A stretch of 32,000 nt of DNA from Planctomycetales bacterium. GTDB lineage: Bacteria; 4484-113; JAFGCY01. Below are positions 17,306-26,545 of this stretch, piece by piece. Position numbers and translations under genes: made by a program. Where the stretch lies: contig CP060262.1 of NCBI GenBank assembly GCA_022646745.1, positions 1,830,001-1,862,000 on the forward strand. The letters run 5' to 3'. How positions within the stretch are numbered: the first letter of the stretch is position 1; every line of letters starts with the position of its first letter. Below the pieces are notes generated by a model. That model worked only from the letters and a program-made list of their open reading frames with translations. It did not search any database and was not told the origin of the DNA.

Positions 17306-17830
17306 ATGCTGCGTGCCAATCTGCTTCTGATTCTCATTCTGCCAACTCTCATCCTCTTCTGCGCCGGCTGTTCCTCAGGCTCAGGCCAGTACCTGGAGTA
17401 TGAAGTGCCGGTTGTCAGGGAGATGGAGGTCTTCCACGAGCCGGTGCTGCCGAACTACACGGCGCTCGTGCGTTACCGCATCGATTTCGAGACGGTCAGC
17501 ATCCCCGTCGGCACTGAATTCAGCAACACGCCGCGTCCGCTGGAGGCGACAGTCTCCGAAGGGGAGATCGTACCCCTGCTGCCAGCTGTCTACGATGGCA
17601 ACGGGGACATGCCGGATTTCGCTGAGGCGTCATCCGCCTGGCAGGCGCTCGGCAATGTCACGGCCTCCGGCACGGAGCACCCGGCCTACCAGTCACCATT
17701 CATCTGGTTCCTCTACCGCGCCGCGCCGCAGGAACAGAACGTGCGCGTAGACCTGAACCTCGGCAACGACGGCGGCCCCGGCAACCGCATCCACTCCGAC
17801 AACATCCTCGTGCAGTGGCCGTATGAGTGA
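17306..17830 (+). CDS. small lipoprotein, paralog 3, more diverged (174 aa)
   Basis: ATG lies 1 nt after the upstream TGA. Signal and lipobox MLRANLLLILILPTLILFCAGC. It keeps the GEIVPLLPAVY..MPDFAEA and F..LYRAAPQ motifs. Confidence 0.7.
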   Translation: MLRANLLLILILPTLILFCAGCSSGSGQYLEYEVPVVREMEVFHEPVLPNYTALVRYRIDFETVSIPVGTEFSNTPRPLEATVSEGEIVPLLPAVYDGNGDMPDFAEASSAWQALGNVTASGTEHPAYQSPFIWFLYRAAPQEQNVRVDLNLGNDGGPGNRIHSDNILVQWPYE

Positions 17831-17834
17831 CCCC

Positions 17835-18602
17835 TCAGCGCCGCTGCATGATCAGCACCGGGATTCGGTGCGGGATTGACAGCTCGCCCGGGAATCTGGC
17901 GGCCAGCATCTCCTCCAGTTCATTGTCAAACGCCGCTTTCTGCTCATCTGACAACACGCCGGATGCCCCCATCCCGGCGCAGGCGAACATCCGCCGTCGC
18001 CACTGCTCATGCGTGAATGCCACCGGCGTGTCGAACAGGAATCCCTGGATGTCCCAGCAGTTGTCAGCGGTGAAGCGCTTCAGCGCGCCGTCGAAGCCGC
18101 CGAGCTTTGAGTGGTAGGGCCAGGCCGGGTTGTATTTCAGGATCAGCTGCTCCGTTGCCTCGCAGGCAGTGCCCGGCAGCGGCAGCCAGTAGTACCACAG
18201 CGTGACCAGCTCCCCGCCATCACGCAGGATGCGCTGCACCTCCGCCGTAGCCGCGTCGTGCTCAAACCAGTGCCAGCAGGCCGCCGCCGTGATGACGTCG
18301 AAGCTGGCATCCGGGAAGAATGTCTCCTCCGCCGTTGCCACCACGTAGTCCAGCGAGACCCCGGCCTCAGTGTCCAGCCGGTTGGCCTGCTCGATCAGCT
18401 CATGCGAGACATCGAGCCCGGTCACATCCGCGCCGCGCCGCGCCAATTCGCGTGAGAACAGCCCGGTGCCGCAGCCGAGGTCAAGGATGCGCTGCCCGCT
18501 GCCGCCGATGCGGTAGCGTTCCAGCATGTCGTAGAGTTTGGCCGGGTAGCCCGGGCGATGGTCCGCATAGTCCTGTGCATGGGTGCCGAAGTTGACAGTC
18601 AC
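17835..18602 (-). CDS. class I SAM-dependent methyltransferase
   Basis: Motif I ILDLGCGTGLFSRELARRGADVTGLDVS and the N-terminal YADHRPGYP typical of Methyltransf_11-like proteins. GTG start. Confidence 0.85.
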   Translation of the reverse strand: MTVNFGTHAQDYADHRPGYPAKLYDMLERYRIGGSGQRILDLGCGTGLFSRELARRGADVTGLDVSHELIEQANRLDTEAGVSLDYVVATAEETFFPDASFDVITAAACWHWFEHDAATAEVQRILRDGGELVTLWYYWLPLPGTACEATEQLILKYNPAWPYHSKLGGFDGALKRFTADNCWDIQGFLFDTPVAFTHEQWRRRMFACAGMGASGVLSDEQKAAFDNELEEMLAARFPGELSIPHRIPVLIMQRR

Positions 18603-18642
18603 GCCTTCAGCTTAGCCGATGCCGTCGTGCCAGTGTCTGGGC

Positions 18643-19230
18643 TTACTTGTCTTCGGGCAGCTTCCAGCGATCGGCGGCCTGCTCGGCGGCGCTGTTCTCC
18701 TCCACCGGCTGCTCCAGCATCTCCGCCGGCAGGGCGTTGACACTGATTGCGCTGAGCACCTTGTCCGCATCCACCCCACCCGGCAGCACGGTCCATTCGG
18801 TACGTTTCGCCTCAGGCACCGGGCGCAGGCCGTAGCCGACGATCACGAGGTCCGGCTCGTTGCCATTCATGGAGACGCGGTGCAGCGAGATGTCCCCCGG
18901 CTGCGGCTTGGCGCCGCTTGTGAGGATGTTCGTCGGCTGGCCGCTGTAGGGGTTGCGCGGCGGGTTGAGCATGATGCTGTACTCACTGAGCTGCTCAAAG
19001 CTGTCCGGGTACTGGCCGAAGCGCTCGTGGTACTCGACGGATGCACGCGCAATGTCGATCATGTTCTTCTGCACCAGGTGCTCATTGGCGGAAACATTCC
19101 ACCAGCCGATCAGCCAGGCCATCAGCATCGTGAACAGCACCACGGCGGCGAGGATCGGCAGGCAGCTCAAGGGGCTGAGCTGCTTGGGCTCTTCCTTCAC
19201 CTGCACCGGCTGTGTGGCTGCCTTGTCCAT
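18643..19230 (-). CDS. single-pass membrane-anchored protein with a GspG/pseudopilin-like segment (195 aa)
   Basis: I prefer the start at MDKAATQ (ATG 19230), because the upstream 188 codons of the track ORF run through the repeat-rich intergenic region. One TM helix (LSCLPILAAVVLFTMLMAWLIGWW) is followed by IDIARASVEYHERFGQYPDSFEQL, which resembles the alpha1-C region of type II secretion pseudopilins. There is no prepilin G/FTLIE cleavage motif. Confidence 0.55.
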   Translation of the reverse strand: MDKAATQPVQVKEEPKQLSPLSCLPILAAVVLFTMLMAWLIGWWNVSANEHLVQKNMIDIARASVEYHERFGQYPDSFEQLSEYSIMLNPPRNPYSGQPTNILTSGAKPQPGDISLHRVSMNGNEPDLVIVGYGLRPVPEAKRTEWTVLPGGVDADKVLSAISVNALPAEMLEQPVEENSAAEQAADRWKLPEDK

Positions 19231-19278
19231 CGCGCCGCGATAGCTTAGCGGATGGCAATGGGATAGCGGGAAATTCGG

Positions 19279-19495
19279 GCAATGAGCAATGAAGATTGAG
19301 CAATGAGCCCGGCAAACATTGTCTGCCTCTGTGGAACTCTGTGGATCTCTATGTAAATCATGTACATTCTGCTTCTGCTCTTCCTTCGCGTCTTCGCGAC
19401 TTAGCGTTAAAAGCATCCTTCCAACCAGAGCTTGCTGCCGCCTGAGCGCAGCGAGCCGCGCATTCGCGCGCTTCACACCCTGCTCGCCAGACTGG
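19279..19495. repeat. mosaic of intergenic repeat modules (locus B)
   Basis: 19279-19310 matches 15588-15619 (28/32). 19327-19350 is identical to 16093-16116 (24/24). 19443-19456 (GAGCGCAGCGAGC) plus the hairpin CGCGC-attc-GCGCG matches the locus A module. 19481-19495 matches 15835-15849 (14/15). Short tandem words cgctgag x3 (19505-19528) and cccagcg x3 (19547-19568) also occur. Confidence 0.85.
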
Positions 19496-19589
19496 TTTTG
19501 TAATCGCTGAGTCGCTGAGACGCTGAGAAAAATACTTATATAAACCCAGCGCCCCAGCGTCCCAGCGTATAACAAAACCGTCATTTTCC

Positions 19590-19638
19590 TTGATATATAA
19601 GCTAGACAACTACAGTTATCTGAGTTATTAACACTCAT
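19590..19638 (+). promoter_or_regulatory. candidate sigma70-type promoter overlapped by a HAIR-like (HspR-type) inverted repeat, upstream of the Clp chaperone gene
   Basis: TAGACA (19603-19608), a 17-nt spacer, then TATTAA (19626-19631). The inverted repeat cTGAGT-tattaac-ACTCAt (19620-19638) matches the core of the HAIR consensus CTTGAGT-N7-ACTCAAG. The segment is AT-rich and lies 93 nt from the start codon. Confidence 0.4.
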
Positions 19639-19730
19639 ATATGAAACATTTCTACTGAATTTCTGGTAAATAAGTACTGTGGCGGGGCTAGTCCCTTCAC
19701 ATCGTTTCAACTCGGACATGGAGGCGGGGT

Positions 19731-22181
19731 ATGAAATTCGACAAGTTAACCCAGAAGGCGAGGGAGTCCCTCGAGAAGGCGCAGCAGGCCGTATCACAGC
19801 TGCACCAGAGCCAGCTCGACAGTGAGCACCTGCTCTACGGCATCACCTACGTGGACGGCAGCATCATGCCCAGCGTGTTCGCTGCCGCCGGCATCGACGA
19901 AGCTGACGCGAAGTCGCAGGTCCGCAAGCTCGTGGAGCGTGGCCAGGTGCTGGATGACAACGCATCCGGTTCCACCGCGCAGATCTACCTCACCCCGGAC
20001 GCGGCTGACATCCTGAAGCAGGCCGAGGATGAGATGGAGCAGATGGGCGACCGCTACGCCGGCACCGAGCACATCCTCCTGGCAATGATCACGCTGCGGC
20101 GTGGCCCGGCCGCGGCCCTGCTGAGCAAGCTCGGCCTGACGCGCGAAGTTGTCTACCAGGCATTGAAGGAGCTGCGTGGCAACCGCCGGCTGGACAGCGA
20201 AAGCGGTGAGGAGACTTACCAGACCCTGGAGAAGTACACAATCGACCTGACCGAGCGTGCGCGCCAGGGGAAGATCGACCCGATCATCGGCCGCGATGTG
20301 GAAATCCGCCGCACAGTCGAGATCCTCTCACGCCGCTCGAAGAACAACCCGGTGCTGATCGGTGAGTCCGGCGTTGGCAAGACCGCCATCGCCGAGGGCC
20401 TCGCGCTGCTGGTTGCCGAAGGTAATGTGCCCGAGGTGATCCGCGACAGGAAGGTGCTCACCCTCGACATGGGTGCGCTCGTGGCCGGCAGCAAGTTCCG
20501 CGGTGAGTTTGAGGAGCGCCTGAAGGCCGTGCTGGATGAGGTCAAGGCCGCACGGCGCGGGATCATCCTGTTCATTGACGAGCTGCACACCATCGTCGGT
20601 GCCGGCGCCGCCGAGGGCAGCATGGATGCCTCGAACCTGCTGAAGCCAGCGCTGGCGCGCGGCGAGCTGCAGTGCATCGGTGCAACGACCATCCGTGAGT
20701 ACCGCAAGTACATCGAGAAGGATGCTGCGCTGGAGCGCCGCTTCCAGCCGATCTTCGTGGATGAGCCGACGCCGGAGCAGGCCGTTGCCATCCTCAGGGG
20801 ACTGAAGCAGAAGTACGAGGAGCACCACGGCATCGAGATCAGCGACGCGGCGATTGACAGTGCAGTGAAGCTCAGCGTGCGCTACATCAGCGGGCGCTTC
20901 CTGCCGGACAAGGCGATCGATGTGATCGACGAAGCCGCCAGCCATGTGCGGATTGACAACATGGGCGCGGCCGGTGAGCTGCGCAGTATCGAGGACGAGT
21001 TGGACAGGCTGCGTGCCGACGAGCAGGAGGCCTACCTCGCCGAGGACTACGAGCGCAGCGCGCGCTGCCACCAGCAGGTGCTGGAGCTTGAGGCCACGGC
21101 CCAGGCCGAGCGCGAACGGCTCGCTGCCGAGGAGCACAGCGCCGTGCTGACCCCGCGCGACGTGGCGGTGGTTGTCAGCCGCTGGAGCGGCGTGCCGCTG
21201 GAAAGCATGTCAACGGAGGAAAGCAGCAAATACCTGCAGCTCGAGCAGCGCCTGCACGAACAGCTGGTCGGGCAGGATCCGGCGGTGTCCGCCATCGCCG
21301 AGACCGTGCGCCGCAACAAGGCCGGCCTGACCGAACCCGGCCGCCCGATCGGCAGCTTCATGTTCTGCGGCCCGACCGGCGTCGGCAAGACCGAGATGGT
21401 CAAGGTGCTGGCTGAGGAGCTGTTCAGCTCGCGCGATGCGATTGTCAGGATTGACATGGGCGAGTACACCGAGAAGTTCTCGGTCACCCGCCTGATCGGC
21501 AGCCCGCCGGGTTATGTCGGCTACGAGGAAGGCGGCCAGCTGACGGAAGCCGTGCGCCGCCGGCCCTACAGCATCGTGCTGCTGGATGAGATCGAGAAGG
21601 CGCACCCGGATGTGCTCAATGTGCTGCTGCAGCTGCTGGACGACGGCCGCCTGACGGACAGCAAGGGCGTGACGGTGAACTTTGCCAACACCATCGTGGT
21701 GATGACGAGCAACATCGCGGCGCATGAGATCGCGGACTTCACCGACAACCGTACGGAGTCCGAGCTGGAGGCCGCCTGGCCGGAGCTGTCGAAGCGCGTG
21801 CTGGATGAGCTGCGCCGGCACTTCAAGCCGGAGTTCGTCAACCGCATCGATGAGGTTGTGGTGTTCCACACCCTGACCCGCGAGCAGGTGAAGCGCATCG
21901 CCCGCCTGCAGCTGCGTGGCACCGAGGAGCGCCTCGCCGAGAAGGGCATCACGCTCAGGCTGACCGACAGCGCCTGGGATTTGCTGGCCGAGCAGGGCTA
22001 TGACCGCAGTTTCGGAGCGCGGCCGATGCGCCGGGCGATTGCCAGGCTGATCGTCAACCCGCTCAGTTCACTGCTGATCGCACAGGAACTGCCCGAGGGC
22101 AGCGTGGTGCAGCTGGACGACGACGGGGCTGGCGGGCTTGCAATGAGCACCGTCACCGCCGGCACAGCAGTCAGTGCCTGA
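19731..22181 (+). CDS. Clp/Hsp100 double-AAA+ chaperone (ClpB/ClpC family, 816 aa)
   Basis: Clp N-domain repeats and two Walker A motifs ([16 protein letters not shown]). The middle region of about 60 aa is short and includes a UVR-like [19 protein letters not shown] lies 6 nt upstream of the ATG. Confidence 0.9.
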   Translation: MKFDKLTQKARESLEKAQQAVSQLHQSQLDSEHLLYGITYVDGSIMPSVFAAAGIDEADAKSQVRKLVERGQVLDDNASGSTAQIYLTPDAADILKQAEDEMEQMGDRYAGTEHILLAMITLRRGPAAALLSKLGLTREVVYQALKELRGNRRLDSESGEETYQTLEKYTIDLTERARQGKIDPIIGRDVEIRRTVEILSRRSKNNPVLIGESGVGKTAIAEGLALLVAEGNVPEVIRDRKVLTLDMGALVAGSKFRGEFEERLKAVLDEVKAARRGIILFIDELHTIVGAGAAEGSMDASNLLKPALARGELQCIGATTIREYRKYIEKDAALERRFQPIFVDEPTPEQAVAILRGLKQKYEEHHGIEISDAAIDSAVKLSVRYISGRFLPDKAIDVIDEAASHVRIDNMGAAGELRSIEDELDRLRADEQEAYLAEDYERSARCHQQVLELEATAQAERERLAAEEHSAVLTPRDVAVVVSRWSGVPLESMSTEESSKYLQLEQRLHEQLVGQDPAVSAIAETVRRNKAGLTEPGRPIGSFMFCGPTGVGKTEMVKVLAEELFSSRDAIVRIDMGEYTEKFSVTRLIGSPPGYVGYEEGGQLTEAVRRRPYSIVLLDEIEKAHPDVLNVLLQLLDDGRLTDSKGVTVNFANTIVVMTSNIAAHEIADFTDNRTESELEAAWPELSKRVLDELRRHFKPEFVNRIDEVVVFHTLTREQVKRIARLQLRGTEERLAEKGITLRLTDSAWDLLAEQGYDRSFGARPMRRAIARLIVNPLSSLLIAQELPEGSVVQLDDDGAGGLAMSTVTAGTAVSA

Positions 22182-22202
22182 GTACTTCCAATGGGTATTG
22201 AT

Positions 22203-22225
22203 CGGCGGGGTGCACAGCCCCGCCG
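22203..22225 (+). terminator. GC-rich hairpin after the Clp gene (terminator-like, no T tract)
   Basis: CGGCGGGG-tgcacag-CCCCGCCG, 22 nt after the stop codon. Confidence 0.4.
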
Positions 22226-22383
22226 CTGACTCCCCACGCTGAAGCAAATGATGCCGGGTCGGCTGCCAAGGGCGGTCGGCCCGGTAATTTCACCCATTTA
22301 ACCCTTGTTTATCCTCATCCCGCTCCCTTCGATAGAATTAGCGCGTTTATAGGCAGCCCTGGAATGCCTGAGGAGAAACGACC

Positions 22384-23835
22384 ATGAACATACGGATCCT
22401 GAAACGGATGCTGCTGTCCGGCCTGCTGCTCTTGAGCGCCTGCGGCGGCACCAGCAACATCGGCCCCAACTCTGGCCCGACCACACAGGACAACGTTAAC
22501 CCGGTGATCGGCTCGATCAGTGGCCTGCTGGACGGTGACACGGTCAGCGGCACGGTGCCGATCGCGGCCAGCGCCACGGATAACAAGGGCGTGGTGGCCT
22601 TCAGCCTGCGCATCAACGGCGACCAGGTGGCGAACACTGCCGGTGGAGCGCTCAGCTTCAACTGGATCACCACGGGCGGGGCGGATGGCAGCTATACGCT
22701 GGTCTTCACCGCCTCTGATGCAGCCGGCAACACCACCACCCGCAGCTACGGCGTCACCGTGGACAACGGTGGCGGCACCCCGGCGACGGGCACGGTCGGT
22801 GGCAAGATCTACGCCCCCAACGGCGTGGACCCGATCAGCCAGGCGCTGATCTACCTGTTCGACAGCAGCAAGCCGGACAACATGGGCACTTCAGATGAGA
22901 CCGAGCCCGACGGCAGCTTCGAGCTGGCCGGCATCCCGGTCGGCAGCCAGACCTTCGTGATGAAGAAGGGCATCTTCGAGGACACCTTCACCTTCAATGT
23001 GCAGGAGGGTGCCAACACCCTGCCCAGCGGCCTGACCACTTTCGACGCCGCTGACGCCGGTAGCATGCTGGTGGTGACCGGTGCCTACGACGTGATCGAG
23101 AACGTGCTGGCAAAGCTCGGCCTCGGCGAAGTGGACGGCTCCGGCAACCTGGTGCTCGGCAGCGAGATCTTCGACCTGGTGGATGGCGCCAGCAAGCTCG
23201 ACGATGCCGACTACCCGAACTTCGACACGGTGTTCATCGACAACCGTGACTACACCGGCTACAAGACCATCTTCCTCAACTGTGGCAACGAATGGGAAAC
23301 CCCGTTCTTCTCGGATACGGATGCCGTGGCCGACCTGAAGAGCTGGGTCGAGGACGGCGGCCGCCTGTACTGCACGGACTGGTCATACGACTTCTGCGAG
23401 CAGCTCTGGCCCGAGATGGTCAGCTTTGAGGACACTGACGGCAGCGGCGATGGCTTCAGCAGCACGCCGGGCAACACCAACGAGGCCCAGCTCGGCGCCA
23501 GCCAGAGCACGATCCAGGCCGACGTGGAGGATGCCTTCCTGCTGAGCTGGCTGGATGGCCGTGGCGCCGCCAACTCCGACAACACCATTGACGTGGCGGA
23601 CTGGCTGCCCAGCTGGACAGTGATCAATGACGTCAGCGATGACGTGAAGGTCTGGGTCAGCGGCGAGGTCAGCTTCGGCTTCCCGACCACCGCTGCCCAG
23701 CGTCCGCTCACCATCTCCTTTGATGCCGGGACCGGCAGCGTGCTGTTCTCCAGCTACCACACCGAGGAGTTCGCCTCCACGGACCTCACCGCGCAGGACC
23801 GCGTGCTGCAGTACCTGATCTTCGAAGTGCTGTAG
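22384..23835 (+). CDS. secreted lipoprotein with an Ig-like domain, a CarboxypepD_reg-like domain and an unassigned C-terminal domain of about 260 aa
   Basis: Signal and lipobox (LLSGLLLLSAC). Ig-like segment VSGTVPIAASATDNKGVVAFSLRINGDQV..YTLVFTASDAAGN. CarboxypepD_reg-like segment GTVGGKIYAPNG..DGSFELAGIPVGSQTFVMKK. GAGGAG SD present. Confidence 0.8.
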   Translation: MNIRILKRMLLSGLLLLSACGGTSNIGPNSGPTTQDNVNPVIGSISGLLDGDTVSGTVPIAASATDNKGVVAFSLRINGDQVANTAGGALSFNWITTGGADGSYTLVFTASDAAGNTTTRSYGVTVDNGGGTPATGTVGGKIYAPNGVDPISQALIYLFDSSKPDNMGTSDETEPDGSFELAGIPVGSQTFVMKKGIFEDTFTFNVQEGANTLPSGLTTFDAADAGSMLVVTGAYDVIENVLAKLGLGEVDGSGNLVLGSEIFDLVDGASKLDDADYPNFDTVFIDNRDYTGYKTIFLNCGNEWETPFFSDTDAVADLKSWVEDGGRLYCTDWSYDFCEQLWPEMVSFEDTDGSGDGFSSTPGNTNEAQLGASQSTIQADVEDAFLLSWLDGRGAANSDNTIDVADWLPSWTVINDVSDDVKVWVSGEVSFGFPTTAAQRPLTISFDAGTGSVLFSSYHTEEFASTDLTAQDRVLQYLIFEVL

Positions 23836-23860
23836 ATCATTCCTCGCTGGACGATATAAG

Positions 23861-23891
23861 AGCCGGGTGGCCCTGTGCCGCCCGGCTTTTT
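23861..23891 (+). terminator. rho-independent terminator
   Basis: AGCCGGG-tggccctgtgccg-CCCGGCT followed by TTTTT. Confidence 0.8.
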
Positions 23892-24041
23892 CATATGCGG
23901 CGCTTGTCCCTGTCGATGAATTGTGAATAAATCCGGCCAGCCGGTTTATCGCTTCGGCGGCATCGGGTATTTTATATGGGCAGGCCTGCGGGCCTGTGTG
24001 CAGCTATCGGACGGGCGCGCACATACCAATTGGGGAAGAAC

Positions 24042-24218
24042 ATGTCTGAGGGAAACGGAATAAAGATGCGGATCATAGCGCTCGACGAGCTGATGAAGTG
24101 CTTGTCGGAAGTCGGCCGCAATGAGGAGGATCCGGACAAGAAGGACCTCCTGCGTTCCCTCTACAAGGCCGCCAAGGAACGCCACGAATTCCTCTCGCTC
24201 AACCGCGTGGAGGATTAG
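24042..24218 (+). CDS. possible small charged protein (58 aa), hypothetical
   Basis: ATG 24042 is preceded by GGGGAAG. The segment has lower GC, and the reading frame is the only support. Confidence 0.3.
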   Translation: MSEGNGIKMRIIALDELMKCLSEVGRNEEDPDKKDLLRSLYKAAKERHEFLSLNRVED

Positions 24219-24368
24219 TTAGCAGCCAGCAGAAAGCTGATAGCAGACTCAGCAGAACGACTGCTTGATGTGCCAACGGGAAAGGGCAATTTGATTTTGG
24301 CCCCACGCGTTTTCCAATCTCGCAGCTGATGCAAGCCAGTCTGCTTTCCGCTCCCCGCTCCCTGCCGG

Positions 24369-24986
24369 CTAGTTAGGCAGGTTCAGCCACTCGAAGAACA
24401 GGAACTGGATGCGGCCGATCAGCAGGCTGACACGCGCCATCACCGTATAGCCGAATGAGGCGCCGAAACTGACCATCACGAACAGCACACCGATGCGGCT
24501 GATCCGGCCGACGGCACCCTTGTGCTCCAGGCTGAAGAAGAAGTACATCATCGTGCAGAACACGCCCAGCAGGATCACCGGCGTGATGTACCAGGTGGCG
24601 GCCGTGAATGGGGACATCGTGTCACTGACCTGGGGCAGCAGCGTGCCGGAGATCCTGTTCGGGATCTCCATGCCGGCGTAGCCTGCAATCAGGATTGCGA
24701 ATGCCAGCCGGCTCAGCCAGCTCAGGCTTGGCACCACCCGCAGCAGGATGCACAGGCCAAAGAACAGCGGCAGGATCACCCAGGGATCGAAGTTCGGTCC
24801 CGGTGTCAGCGGCCGCACCACCTGCGGGGCCACACTGTTCCAGTAGGTGTTGCCGGTGGTGTATCCGAGGGACACTCCGAGGAACAGGGCCTCGGCCACC
24901 TTGAAGGCCGGGTTGTCCTTGTAGATGAAGCTGAAGATCAGCAGGGTCAGGCCGGCTGCGATCCAGACGCCGATTACTTCACCCAT
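24369..24986 (-). CDS. membrane operon gene 4: polytopic membrane protein (205 aa)
   Basis: About 6 hydrophobic helices. Its start overlaps the gene 3 stop (TGATG). Confidence 0.75.
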   Translation of the reverse strand: MGEVIGVWIAAGLTLLIFSFIYKDNPAFKVAEALFLGVSLGYTTGNTYWNSVAPQVVRPLTPGPNFDPWVILPLFFGLCILLRVVPSLSWLSRLAFAILIAGYAGMEIPNRISGTLLPQVSDTMSPFTAATWYITPVILLGVFCTMMYFFFSLEHKGAVGRISRIGVLFVMVSFGASFGYTVMARVSLLIGRIQFLFFEWLNLPN

Positions 24987-25867
24987 CAGGCCTCCCCCCT
25001 CACCGGACGGCGCCGGTCAAGCACGTAGAAGAAGTTGGCAATGATGATCGCCAGGATGATGAACACGTGCACGGCACTCTGCGCATCGAGGCCCTTGGTG
25101 GCCGGCCCGTCACTGCCGGTGATCGCTTCCATGTCAACCAGCTTCTCGTACTCCGCCGCTCCCTTCATCCCGCCGATCAGGCCCGTGGCCTGGCCCGCGG
25201 TGTAGTACGGGTAGTACTGCGGCGCACTGACAGCAGTGCAGCTGACGATGAAGGGGATGCCGGCGCGTTCAGTGCCGTAGGGAATCCAGAATTCCGGCAG
25301 GCCGACGCTGGCAATGTCGAATACGCACTTTGTGTCAGACAGCTTAGGCGCATCGCGGAAGATCTGCATGCTGGCCGTCTCGTTGCCGTTGTAGTCCGTC
25401 GGGAAGGTGCCGGTGAAGCCCTGCCCGATGCCGATCATGATCGCCTGGTTGCCAGTCTTGTAGCCGAGGAACACGTAATCCTTGCCGGACTGCAGGTCCT
25501 TGTATGGCTGGCTGCCATCAGGCGCGCTGTAGGCCAGCACGTCCTCCAGCCCGCGGCTGGCCAGCCCAGGTCCGTCCGGGATCAGGGTCAGCACCACCGG
25601 GCGGATGCCCTTGCGGAAGCACTGGTGCAGCAGCGCGATGTACATCGGATGCGTCTCGGCCTCGGCGCTCGGGCCGTAGTCCGCGCTGATCACGATCACG
25701 TCGCCGGTCTTCAGGCTCTCGATCAGTTCAAAGCCGTTCTGCACCTCGGGCGTGATGCGGAAGGGCATGCCAAGCGGCTTGATCAGCGGGATGGCAACGC
25801 ACAGCATCACGATCGAGTAGATGATCCGCCGGTCGAGGTTCAGGATGATCTTGGCCAGTCCGTGCAT
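24986..25867 (-). CDS. membrane operon gene 3: N- and C-terminal TM anchors flanking a soluble domain of about 240 aa (293 aa)
   Basis: TM helices IIYSIVMLCVAIPLI and VHVFIILAIIIANFFYVL. TGATG overlaps at both ends. No known motif. Confidence 0.75.
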   Translation of the reverse strand: MHGLAKIILNLDRRIIYSIVMLCVAIPLIKPLGMPFRITPEVQNGFELIESLKTGDVIVISADYGPSAEAETHPMYIALLHQCFRKGIRPVVLTLIPDGPGLASRGLEDVLAYSAPDGSQPYKDLQSGKDYVFLGYKTGNQAIMIGIGQGFTGTFPTDYNGNETASMQIFRDAPKLSDTKCVFDIASVGLPEFWIPYGTERAGIPFIVSCTAVSAPQYYPYYTAGQATGLIGGMKGAAEYEKLVDMEAITGSDGPATKGLDAQSAVHVFIILAIIIANFFYVLDRRRPVRGEA

Positions 25868-26541
25868 CAGTCGCTGCCTCCCATGTAGGTGCGCTCGATG
25901 CCGAAGATGATGCGGATCGAGATCGCCACCTGGCTGAGGATCACGCCGAACATGATCGCGCGCTGGGCGGCGCTGTTGGGTACGTTCATGATCCAGCTGG
26001 CAACGTCGGACAGGTCATGCCCGCCGGGCAGCGGCACCATCTCGCCGATCGGCACGCGGCCGAGCATCACGATGCAGCCTGCGATCAGCAGCGCCGTGGC
26101 TTCGAAGGAGCGGGCGCGGAAGGCGCGGAAGGCCGCCGAGGCAATGAAGAAGGCCAGCAGTGAGAACATCGTCGCCGCCAGCGGCGTGAAGATGTTGTCA
26201 AAGATCCACATGAAGAAGCTGCCTTCGGTGATGTTCTTCTCGGCGAAGCCCGGGAACGGGGTCCAGAAGAACGCTGCGATGAAGGTCAGCGCGAAGGCAC
26301 CGAGTGTGATGTAGCTGTAGGCATAGCCCTTGCGGCGCAGCTTGATCTTCGTCATGTGGTGCTGCACGGCGGAAAGGATGCCCAGCAGCAGTGCCGCCGC
26401 GGCGAGGATCACGGCCCAGCTCTGGGTGAAGCTGGTCAGCGCGTCATTCGCCATCTTGGCGGGCACGTAGGCCTGCAGCCAGAGCACGATGCCGGTCAGG
26501 AAGGCCAGGATGATCGGAAGCTGTTTGCGGAAGAACATCAT
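25867..26541 (-). CDS. membrane operon gene 2: polytopic membrane protein (224 aa)
   Basis: About 6 hydrophobic helices. It starts 4 nt after the gene 1 stop, and its stop overlaps the gene 3 start (TGATG). Confidence 0.75.
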   Translation of the reverse strand: MMFFRKQLPIILAFLTGIVLWLQAYVPAKMANDALTSFTQSWAVILAAAALLLGILSAVQHHMTKIKLRRKGYAYSYITLGAFALTFIAAFFWTPFPGFAEKNITEGSFFMWIFDNIFTPLAATMFSLLAFFIASAAFRAFRARSFEATALLIAGCIVMLGRVPIGEMVPLPGGHDLSDVASWIMNVPNSAAQRAIMFGVILSQVAISIRIIFGIERTYMGGSD

Positions 26542-26545
26542 GGGC

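Noticed and set aside
18643-19797. Full 384-aa version of the minus-strand ORF
   Set aside because: The N-terminal 188 codons cross the clpB start, the AT-rich promoter segment and repeat locus B. The internal ATG at 19230 gives a sensible membrane-anchored protein, so the shorter call was used.
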